A stretch of DNA of 32,000 bases from Candidatus Saccharimonadota bacterium (GCA_016699955.1 CP064993.1:1170001-1202000), one strand, 5' to 3'. Numbered from the stretch's first letter, positions 26,211 to 32,000 are shown. Program-made: numbers and translations. The notes: a model not told the origin generated them from the letters alone.

Positions 26211-26930
26211 ATGGACAGACAACTCAATAACAATCAAATCCAAAATCTCAAAACAGTCCTCAAATTCAGATACGTAACTACCGACAATCTCGCTCACTAT
26301 CAATCAATTACAACTAACTCAGCCTACAGTGCATTAGAAATCCTCAGCAAAGCTGGTTACTTAGAAAAGATATATGAAAAAAGTTACCGACTTTTAAATA
26401 AATCTGCACGGTACTTTTTGACCCAGCAAGCGTTAACGTTCCTGCATAGTCAAGCAGACGTCCAGCTTGATGATGCGATATGGAAAAGCCGTAAGACTGA
26501 TGGCAAGAAAACGCCAGACTTCATCGATCTGCAAGTTGCCCTCCACGCAGCGTACAACGACCTTATGGCCCGATTTGGTAACAAAATAGCCATTGATACG
26601 GCCTTGGAGCTACATGGCACGGAGGGCATTATTAAACCATTGCCGGGATTGCTCGTCAGGCCCCAAACGGGCAAAAACTTTTTCGTAGAAGTTGCCGATG
26701 GCCAGCACCTATTCTTTATTAGGAAGCGCATTAGGAAGTATATCGATAACTACGAATCAAACGAATGGGAGTGGGATACATACCCCGACATCTACTTCAT
26801 GCGCTCTTCGGCGTCGGATCGAACGCGCTTACGTAAGTTCATAAATCAATTGATGGAAGATAGCTACCTCGATGATAGCGACTTCGCGTTTCGTATAGTT
26901 TCTGGAGTGGATCAAATTAAGCTGCAATGA
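26211..26930 (+). CDS. replication-relaxation family-like wHTH protein
   Basis: Track ORF 26145..26930. I prefer Met at 26211 (MDRQLNNNQ). N-terminal winged-helix-like segment (LKFRYVTTDNLAHY...ALEILSKAGYLEK) and a C-terminal ..FFVEVADGQH...IRKRIRKYIDNY pattern recall the Replic_Relax (PF13814) layout. Recognised by eye only. Confidence 0.45.
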   Translation: MDRQLNNNQIQNLKTVLKFRYVTTDNLAHYQSITTNSAYSALEILSKAGYLEKIYEKSYRLLNKSARYFLTQQALTFLHSQADVQLDDAIWKSRKTDGKKTPDFIDLQVALHAAYNDLMARFGNKIAIDTALELHGTEGIIKPLPGLLVRPQTGKNFFVEVADGQHLFFIRKRIRKYIDNYESNEWEWDTYPDIYFMRSSASDRTRLRKFINQLMEDSYLDDSDFAFRIVSGVDQIKLQ

Positions 26931-27181
26931 GTACTGGATACGTTAATTCACGAGCTGGGTGACGATTGCCTGCAAGCATCGCGCGCAGGTAATGGTCGCC
27001 TTGTTTCGACTAAGGGTGCGTTTCATTTGTTAACTAGTGCAACAGACGTGTACATTTTCTGAAAGAATATGTACCGGCTGATGTGCTTGGTGGCAGATAT
27101 TCATTAATTGATTAACCTGTGTTGTTTCGTTAGAAACATCTGAGACATGATTCATTCTTGCACCTGAAGCTTTAGCTGAAG

Positions 27182-27463
27182 GTGGAAGTATGGAGCGTGT
27201 CATTGGTACAATGTAGGCATGAAGTCATTAATCACAAAAGATCAAGATCATGTCGTGAATGTGGATCTTCCAATCTGGTTGATTACAAAGTTTGGTATCA
27301 CCGAGGTGTAGAAAATATAGATGTATATATCACTGAGCCGATAGGAACTAACGATGCGTGTGAAATGGGAGCAGAAGAATCATACAAGTGCGACGATTGC
27401 GGCAGCATTTACCACAAAAAGTATACCAGCCCAGGCTGCATACGTGATTATACATTCGAGTAA
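27182..27463 (+). CDS. small Zn-ribbon-like protein (CxxC...CxxC)
   Basis: Track ORF with CRECGSS and CDDCGS pairs. The start codon is uncertain. Confidence 0.45.
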   Translation: MEVWSVSLVQCRHEVINHKRSRSCRECGSSNLVDYKVWYHRGVENIDVYITEPIGTNDACEMGAEESYKCDDCGSIYHKKYTSPGCIRDYTFE

Positions 27464-27525
27464 AATATACCTAGGTCGACACTATCATCATATAATTGCT
27501 TAGCGTTTCGTAGGAGGCAGTTTAA

Positions 27526-27541
27526 CGTCATGCCCAGGACG
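27526..27541. repeat. hairpin repeat H, copy 1 (CGTC-ATGCCCAG-GACG)
   Basis: Member of a 4-copy family (see findings). Lies 6 nt beyond the stop of CDS 27547..27852(-). Confidence 0.6.
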
Positions 27542-27546
27542 GGTTT

Positions 27547-27852
27547 CTAAAGCCCTGGATAACTCACCGGTCGCCCGATGGTCATCTCGTTATACTCATC
27601 GATATACTCGAGCTCACGCATTTTCTCCGCGTAGTACTCACTTAAGCTTTCGGCTAATCGCACGAGCCTCTCATCCATCTGCCAGTCCTCGACAGTGCAA
27701 CTGTTACCGATACCGCCTCGCATACCGCCACCTAAGTAATTCTGGTAGGCGCTCAGGAACTCATCTTCGTAACCGTAGGCAGATAAATCTAGCTCACAAC
27801 CGCCTCCACGATAGCTAAAGTCTTCTCGTGTGATGTTTTCTGCAATCTTCAT
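27547..27852 (-). CDS. hypothetical acidic protein (101 aa)
   Basis: Track ORF. AGGAG 7 nt upstream of ATG 27852. Confidence 0.65.
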   Translation of the reverse strand: MKIAENITREDFSYRGGGCELDLSAYGYEDEFLSAYQNYLGGGMRGGIGNSCTVEDWQMDERLVRLAESLSEYYAEKMRELEYIDEYNEMTIGRPVSYPGL

Positions 27853-27898
27853 ATCGAATCTCCTAAACTTACGTACTAATAAAAACTGAGCCTTTTTA

Positions 27899-27914
27899 CG
27901 TCATGCTCGGGACG
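27899..27914. repeat. hairpin repeat H, copy 2 (CGTC-ATGCTCGG-GACG), preceded by CCTTTTTA
   Basis: Same family. Lies between the DUF3768 terminator and the start of CDS 27547..27852. Confidence 0.6.
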
Positions 27915-27930
27915 TCATCAACCTATAACG

Positions 27931-27956
27931 AAAACCGAGGAGCTAATACTCCTCGG
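27931..27956 (-). terminator. rho-independent terminator of the DUF3768 gene
   Basis: Minus strand: CCGAGGAG-tattag-CTCCTCGG-TTTT. The hairpin includes the TAG stop (27943-45). Confidence 0.8.
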
Positions 27957-28272
27957 CTAACATGATAGTCAGTACCCGGTGGCAATCCGGACTGAGCGGA
28001 TCACACCAGTATCCGAGACTCTGGTCGTAGTAATCTATTTTCCAAAACAACTTTTACCGGGCTTCAAAACATCCGAAATCATGCTCGCCGTACGGATCGT
28101 TATCTTCAGAGAACTTATCGAAGTCCCTCACTTTCACGAATATCTCATTCATGAACGGTGCCAGTGCCGCTACGCCTCGCGTGACGGTACAACCACTCAT
28201 CCCACGACGGAAGTTGTCGTTTATTGCCGCAATCTTTGCAGACGTTTCATTTAACGCTGTTTCGGTGTCCAT
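27943..28272 (-). pseudogene. DUF3768-family gene interrupted by one in-frame TAA (28054-28056)
   Basis: ATG 28272 with AAGGAGG SD. Sequence MDTETALNETSAKIAAINDNFRRG...DNDPYGEHDFGCFEAR-TAA-KLFWKIDYYDQSLGYWCDPLSPDCHRVLTIMLAEEY-TAG. Both halves carry the family hallmarks (DP.GEHDFG and FWKIDYYD ... VLTIMLAEEY) in one frame of 110 codons. Confidence 0.7.
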
Positions 28273-28324
28273 ATAGACCCTCCTTGTTATTCTTGAGAGG
28301 GCTTTCTGCCTCTCTGTCTGGTGG

Positions 28325-28477
28325 GCACGGGCTGGCATCGGCCAGGGTCAATATGGAGCGCCCCCAGGCGCTTTAGCCCTAGGGACGAACGATGTTGACG
28401 CGGGACGTGCGCCCGTATACTGAGGAAGACAGAGGAAGGAAAAAACCTTTAATAGCTGATATAATTAATTTGAAATG
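28325..28477. promoter_or_regulatory. bidirectional control cassette, copy A (between DUF3768(-) and CDS 28489(+))
   Basis: Ordered conserved blocks shared with copy E: GCACGG, GTCAA(tat), GGAGCGCCCC, GGGACGAACGA, TTGACG (28395-400), 15 nt, TATACT (28416-21), GAGG, AGCTgaTATAATT (28455-67), ATGAA. Inverted repeat GTCAATAT (28347-54) / ATGTTGAC (28392-99). Confidence 0.6.
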
Positions 28478-28488
28478 AAGAAAAATAA

Positions 28489-29001
28489 ATGATTATAAGC
28501 TCATACAAAGTAGTAGAGGTTATAAAAATAAGTCCTAAAACGAGCGACTACTCAATCGACGGTTCGCCAGATATAGTCGTTTACAGCATTAGGTTAGCGT
28601 ACATAGGTGATGATTTATCAGAAACCCCAACTAACATTACGGAAAAATTAACGTGTTTTATAGATTCTAAGGCACCGAAAGTCGGTGACGTCATCTATGG
28701 CAGAAGTAGCTCAACGCTGGAACCGCCTACTGCCAACAAAAAACTTCCTACGGCTACCATAACAGGTGTCGAAATTGCAGCTGACGAAAAACACCCAAAT
28801 CGTATAGAAAAGCTATATTCCGTCAAGACTGATCTTTTAAAAAAATCATTTACTGTTTACGGTGATTCAGAAGGTGCTAATATTCCCTATATAGGCCAAA
28901 AGATAAACCTATGGTTATCTATTTGTGATGATGGTGATGTGGAGGTGTCAGCCGATGAGTTCCCAGAACCATTTGATGAATATACAGAGTTGATTAAATA
29001 A
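28489..29001 (+). CDS. hypothetical protein (170 aa)
   Basis: Track ORF, AT-rich, no SD. Preceded by a 5-codon mini-ORF (ATG 28475, MKKNK) whose TGA overlaps the ATG. Confidence 0.6.
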   Translation: MIISSYKVVEVIKISPKTSDYSIDGSPDIVVYSIRLAYIGDDLSETPTNITEKLTCFIDSKAPKVGDVIYGRSSSTLEPPTANKKLPTATITGVEIAADEKHPNRIEKLYSVKTDLLKKSFTVYGDSEGANIPYIGQKINLWLSICDDGDVEVSADEFPEPFDEYTELIK

Positions 29002-29081
29002 GTTCAGTGCGTACATTGAAAAAACATAGGAATAACCGCAGAATAGGTTAATTATTATTAGAGCTGAAAAATGTTGTTTGA

Positions 29082-29156
29082 ACCTTTTTGCGCCATACTC
29101 AGGGAGTTTGTGCTACTCGAGGTTACTCTCGATAAGCTCGGACCAGCTAATACGTC
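29082..29156. repeat. module X, orphan copy (70/75 identical to 31293..31367); contains hairpin H copy 3 at 29090..29105
   Basis: CCTTTTTGCGCCATACTCAGGGAGTTTGTGCTACTCGAGGTTACTCTCGATAAGCTCGGACCAGCTAATACGTCC. The minus strand encodes ..GRISWSELIESNLE-TAG, the same C-terminus as CDS 31323..31601, but no intact gene is attached. Confidence 0.8.
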
Positions 29157-29167
29157 CCAGTGCACTT

Positions 29168-29212
29168 GCCCTAGGGACGAACGACGTTGACGTGGGTAAT
29201 GAGCTTGTATAC
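29168..29212 (+). promoter_or_regulatory. partial copy of the control cassette (module Y plus -35/-10-like boxes), orphan
   Basis: CCCTAGGGACGAACGACGTTGACGTGGG is 26/28 identical to 28377-28404. TTGACG (29186-91), 15 nt, TATACC (29207-12). It points into the antisense of minus-strand CDSs 29241..29985. Confidence 0.5.
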
Positions 29213-29240
29213 CGACCAACAGGTACCTATCTGTTTCGGA

Positions 29241-29444
29241 TTATTGGTGACGAAGCAGGTAATAACTTGGCTCGGTGAATGGTTTACTGAATAATACTCG
29301 GCGAAGTTCGAGTAAATAGTATCCTATCTTCGGGATTCGTGGAGCTGTATTTTCTTCCGTAGCTAACATCCTCTCGGCTTCTTCGCCCTCGATAAGCTGG
29401 CTATATTGTTTACAATTTTTGACGTTCATCGGATTCTTCTCCAT
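29241..29444 (-). CDS. possible small ORF (67 aa), doubtful
   Basis: Track ORF. Overlaps the 3' end of the upstream CDS by 35 nt, has no SD and no recognisable family. Confidence 0.3.
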   Translation of the reverse strand: MEKNPMNVKNCKQYSQLIEGEEAERMLATEENTAPRIPKIGYYLLELRRVLFSKPFTEPSYYLLRHQ

Positions 29445-29985
29445 TAACCGTATCGAGATATTTTCTAATTATCAGCCCCTGCATCCAATATACATAATAC
29501 GCGAGACTGTTTGTTGAAAATGTATATCTATAATAAAAAAACGAAATATGCATTAATACAACCCCCAAGACATAATATGGAGCTGCTTGTACTGCGAGAA
29601 TCGACGGCACTAACAAAAGTACACTATAACTAATAATGATGAATCTAAGGATATCATGCATTGACTGTGCGAATATACGATTCACATCTACTGTTCCGCC
29701 ATGAATTATTTTATGGAATCGTTTGTAGCCCAGACCTGAAACTACGCCGTGATGGATACTAAAATCTTCCTCAGAATCAAGCATAGTAAATATGGAATCA
29801 AAATATGGATCTTTACCAGAATAACGACGTAAACGAGCATACATAAAAATATTGTCTATGTTTATATATGCCAACCAATAACCTATTGCACAACCAACTA
29901 GTAATGCTAACTGAGAGTCCATTACTAAAATTTTAACATTAACTTCAATAGCATGTATTCTAAGTATTAATAACGTCGAGTTCAC
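29410..29985 (-). CDS. multi-pass membrane protein (191 aa or shorter)
   Basis: Track ORF (GTG start at 29985; alternative Met at 29922, MDSQLALL). Several hydrophobic helices (LALLVGCAIGYWLAYI, FIIISYSVLLLVPSILAV, YYVLGVVLMHISFFYY). Confidence 0.6.
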   Translation of the reverse strand: MNSTLLILRIHAIEVNVKILVMDSQLALLVGCAIGYWLAYINIDNIFMYARLRRYSGKDPYFDSIFTMLDSEEDFSIHHGVVSGLGYKRFHKIIHGGTVDVNRIFAQSMHDILRFIIISYSVLLLVPSILAVQAAPYYVLGVVLMHISFFYYRYTFSTNSLAYYVYWMQGLIIRKYLDTVNGEESDERQKL

Positions 29986-29996
29986 GGTGAAACACT

Positions 29997-30064
29997 TCGA
30001 GTTTATTCTCGTTTAGCTCAAGCGAGCTAATGCGCCCGTATACTGAGGAGACAGAGGAAGGAAA
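29997..30064. repeat. divergent module X fused directly to module Z (-10 box plus leader)
   Basis: TCGAGTTTATTCTCGTTTAGCTCAAGCGAGCTAATGCG aligns with the X core TCGAGGTTACTCTCGATAAGCTCGGACCAGCTAATGCG. GCGCCCGTATACTGAGGAGACAGAGGAAGGAAA (30032-64) matches 28409-28442 with one 1-nt indel. Confidence 0.7.
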
Positions 30065-30193
30065 TACCTCACTAATAAGTGCAACAAATTTGACATAATG
30101 AACCAAAAGGTGCATTGTATACCTAATGATTCTACAAAAAGATTCAGAATCATTATTATAATTATCATCAAGAATCTTCAAGGAGGATAGTCT

Positions 30194-30394
30194 ATGGCTC
30201 AAAAGCCAGAAGATAAGCTATTAAATACAACACAAAATAACGATCTAACATTGACCGGTAAGCCTGTATTGGTTCAAAACCAATTAGGCATTTTCTACGG
30301 CACACTAGAAAAGGCCGACACAAGAACCGGAACTGCTCTTTTAACAAACGGCTTTATGCTATCGCCTGAACGGCACATCACATTTTTTTATTAG
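30194..30394 (+). CDS. hypothetical protein (66 aa)
   Basis: Track ORF. Strong SD AAGGAGGA 6 nt upstream of the ATG. Confidence 0.6.
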   Translation: MAQKPEDKLLNTTQNNDLTLTGKPVLVQNQLGIFYGTLEKADTRTGTALLTNGFMLSPERHITFFY

Positions 30395-30420
30395 CGACTT
30401 GTGCATGGAAGTAGCTACTA

Positions 30421-30927
30421 GTGATTACGGTGATGAAAGCGATGACGGCGCAATTGACCCCTGGGATAAAGCCGAAAAGTTATTTCCAAAATGAAATATC
30501 AATAACAAACGAGGAATACATAGAACACAAAAGAGCTATTTCGATTACAGACTATGCGGCCGAGGGGGTGGCATTAGTGCAATTCAGAACTAGCACCTAT
30601 TGGAATACTGAAGTTTCTCAAGCTACATCGCCATCGATATCTTTAACTGGAATAATGGCTATAGTTGCTATAGACCCAAATACAGAAGTAGTACATAAAG
30701 AATTGTCCATATTGGCTAGCGAGGATATATCTGGCCTTGGAGTTATTGAGTCTGTTCTTGGCTGGGATATTCCAAACTTTGAAGTGAGAAAAACATTCGA
30801 AATATTAACAAAAAGTGTCAGTAACATAGAAGATACCGACTTCCTCAATCTTCCTAAACTGGCTGTAAATACGAGTCAAAGGGTTAGTCTTATTGGACGA
30901 GTAGAATCTGATGACCAAGCTAACTAA
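30421..30927 (+). CDS. hypothetical protein (about 165 aa)
   Basis: Track ORF (GTG 30421; ATG 30433 is an alternative start). No family recognised. Confidence 0.55.
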   Translation: MITVMKAMTAQLTPGIKPKSYFQNEISITNEEYIEHKRAISITDYAAEGVALVQFRTSTYWNTEVSQATSPSISLTGIMAIVAIDPNTEVVHKELSILASEDISGLGVIESVLGWDIPNFEVRKTFEILTKSVSNIEDTDFLNLPKLAVNTSQRVSLIGRVESDDQAN

Positions 30928-31207
30928 ACGAGACTGGGAAAATCGCCAAAAAGTGCGAGAAAACATTAAAGAAAAAATATATAGATCATATAATAGCAGG
31001 AGTATGACTCATTGCTATACGATAAATAGGAATAAGCTTCTTTTTGAAAGTAAAATGAAAGCAGATCTTGCTGTAAAATATAGCAACGGCGAACTCAAGC
31101 GCTCATATGTATGTCGCACTTGTATGGGCTGGCATACAACCAGCAAAACAGAAGAAGAATATAACCAGAAGAGACTAGAATTTTCAAAGGCGCATCGTAA
31201 TATTTAA
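30911..31207 (+). CDS. small basic protein with CxxC..WH motif (98 aa)
   Basis: Track ORF overlapping the previous CDS by 17 nt. Lys/Arg-rich with a YVCRTCMGWHTTS segment. No family assigned. Confidence 0.55.
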   Translation: MTKLTKRDWENRQKVRENIKEKIYRSYNSRSMTHCYTINRNKLLFESKMKADLAVKYSNGELKRSYVCRTCMGWHTTSKTEEEYNQKRLEFSKAHRNI

Positions 31208-31292
31208 CGGAATAATTGAAAAACACGATTAATGCTATCATCTATGGATAAGTGTCTAGCTGATGGCTTCAGCTTATCTTGATTCGAAGTAG

Positions 31293-31367
31293 CCTTTTTG
31301 CGCCATGCTCAGGGCGTTTGAGCTATTCGAGGTTACTCTCGATAAGCTCGGACCAGCTAATGCGTCC
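31293..31367. repeat. module X, gene-attached copy; contains hairpin H copy 4 at 31301..31316 (CGCC-ATGCTCAG-GGCG)
   Basis: Covers the last 14 codons, the stop and 30 nt downstream of CDS 31323..31601. Confidence 0.8.
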
Positions 31368-31601
31368 GAAAGCAGTTTGTAGCAAGTCTTGCCACAGGCA
31401 CGGTACATCTATTTCATCGTCTAGCTGGTACCGTAGCATCATCTCCAGCCAGTCAGCTTGTTCATATGTTCGCCACGCATCTTTGCTCGTAGCTTCTAGC
31501 AGGAGCGCATAGCTTGACTCATCGTTTGTGAGCCAGAGATTTGCGAGCCACGTCTCGTAGTTACTCCACCCATTGTATGTCTGTACCTCTGCTACGTTCA
31601 T
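31323..31601 (-). CDS. small acidic Trp-rich protein (92 aa)
   Basis: Track ORF. AAAGGAG SD. The N-terminal NGWSNYETWLANLWLTNDES motif resembles a motif I associate with phage/plasmid orphan proteins. No name assigned. Confidence 0.7.
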   Translation of the reverse strand: MNVAEVQTYNGWSNYETWLANLWLTNDESSYALLLEATSKDAWRTYEQADWLEMMLRYQLDDEIDVPCLWQDLLQTAFGRISWSELIESNLE

Positions 31602-31637
31602 TGTTATTTCTCCTTTACTTTACGTAACGGAGTTAAA

Positions 31638-31793
31638 GCACGGTGCCGCATGGCAAATCTGTCAAGGTGGAGCGCCCCTTGACGTTTACCAACGGGACGA
31701 ACGACCTTGACGGGTTTGCTCGGTACGTATAATGAGGCAGTACGTGAAGTGACATGATATTAAATAATCATTATCAGCTATAATTTAGGTATG
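31638..31793. promoter_or_regulatory. bidirectional control cassette, copy E (between CDS 31601(-) and the FtsK-like gene(+))
   Basis: Same ordered blocks as copy A: GCACGG (31638-43), GTCAAGG (31661-67), GGAGCGCCCC (31669-78), GGGACGAACGA, TTGACG (31707-12), 15 nt, TATAAT (31728-33), GAGG, AGCTATAATT (31776-85), ATGAA (31791). GTCAAGG pairs with CCTTGAC at 31677-83 and 31705-11. Confidence 0.6.
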
Positions 31794-32000
31794 AACGATG
31801 GTACAACGCTCCAGTTTCTCGTAGGAACTACCGACGACGGCATGGCAGTCTATGGAGACTTCCAGAAAACAGGGCACTTTATATCCTCTGGACATGTTGG
31901 CTCGGGACACGCCAGCTACGACGAAGCAGTGTTTGTCACAAATCTTTTACAGAACTATTCACCTAAAGAATTACAGTTTGTCATGATTGATCCGAAACAA
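31791..32000 (+). CDS. FtsK/SpoIIIE-family DNA translocase-like protein (5' part only)
   Basis: Hand translation: MNDGTTLQFLVGTTDDGMAVYGDFQKTGHFISSGHVGSGHASYDEAVFVTNLLQNYSPKELQFVMIDPKQ. This aligns by eye with the FtsK pattern H(L/F)L(I/V)AGxTGSGKS...L...P.E(V/L)..(L/V)IDPK. The open frame runs to the window end. Confidence 0.6.
   Translation, partial: MNDGTTLQFLVGTTDDGMAVYGDFQKTGHFISSGHVGSGHASYDEAVFVTNLLQNYSPKELQFVMIDPKQ

Larger units (their letters stand above)
24159..32000. mobile_element. integrated mobile element at tRNA-Glu (left junction in window, right end beyond window)
   Basis: The recombinase gene abuts and overlaps the tRNA. Everything to the right is accessory-type: recombinase, replication-relaxation-like, DUF3768, FtsK-like and many orphans. 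The region also has repeated intergenic modules and a visibly AT-rich block at 28440-31260. Housekeeping genes stop at the tRNA. Confidence 0.7.

Noticed and set aside
29078-29278. Plus-strand ORFs 29078..29278 and 31279..31512 sharing ...FAP.SG.L.YSRLLSISSDQL.RP
   Set aside because: The shared peptide is just the antisense translation of repeat module X. At 31279 it overlaps the well-supported minus-strand gene 31323..31601. The similarity is at DNA level, not evidence for a protein family.
29960-30202. 80-aa minus-strand ORF
   Set aside because: It runs antisense across the Z promoter/leader module and the SD and ATG of CDS 30194. Only its GRISSLELNENKLE segment resembles the X-encoded C-terminus, and there is a 1-nt indel relative to the other Z copy. 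It is best read as a relic of module X rather than a gene.
27400-31800. Possibility that the repeated modules form a CRISPR array or MITEs
   Set aside because: The repeats are not regularly spaced and differ in combination and length. No cas genes are present, and there are no terminal inverted repeats with target-site duplications that I can define.
1-32000. Alternative genetic code (stop-codon reassignment) as the explanation for the in-frame TAG (20438) and TAA (28054)
   Set aside because: All three stop codons terminate conserved genes at the expected C-termini: ppsA ends with TAG, rsmA and the fusion gene end with TAA, and eno and the recombinase end with TGA. Global reassignment is therefore not supported. 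Local events or errors remain possible.

Overview
The window is about 24 kb of core chromosome from a small-genome bacterium, followed by about 8 kb of an integrated mobile element. The gene content looks CPR/Saccharibacteria-like: many membrane-anchored orphan proteins, a type IV pilin-like gene and a compact glycolytic block. This taxonomic call is inference only. Core region (1-24150): a partial membrane protein, tRNA-Ala(GGC), a DUF2267-like gene and tmRNA (ssrA). A second copy of the ssrA 3' end lies 180 bp downstream of ssrA. Next come two orphan envelope proteins, rsmA/ksgA, a DUF348/G5 cell-wall protein, pcrA/uvrD, a prepilin-type protein and a lower-glycolysis block (tpiA, pgk, pyk, ppsA). 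After that are a leaderless 414-aa orphan, a 2-hydroxyacid-dehydrogenase::phosphoglycerate-mutase fusion with an in-frame TAG near its 5' end, eno, an FN3+GH18 chitinase-like protein and a small membrane protein. At tRNA-Glu(UUC) (24159-24233) the character changes. A large serine recombinase gene ends inside the tRNA on the opposite strand. It is followed by a small overlapping ORF, a replication-relaxation-like wHTH protein, small Zn-ribbon and orphan genes, a DUF3768 gene with an in-frame TAA, an AT-rich block of orphans and a partial FtsK/SpoIIIE-like gene at the window edge. The most unusual thing I can see is inside the element. A set of short sequence modules recurs in different combinations between genes: a roughly 150-bp bidirectional control cassette present twice, a gene-end module present three times, and a 16-nt hairpin present four times with compensatory stem changes. 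No rRNA, CRISPR array, transposase or phage structural gene is recognisable. All homology calls come from motif recognition by eye; no database search was possible.
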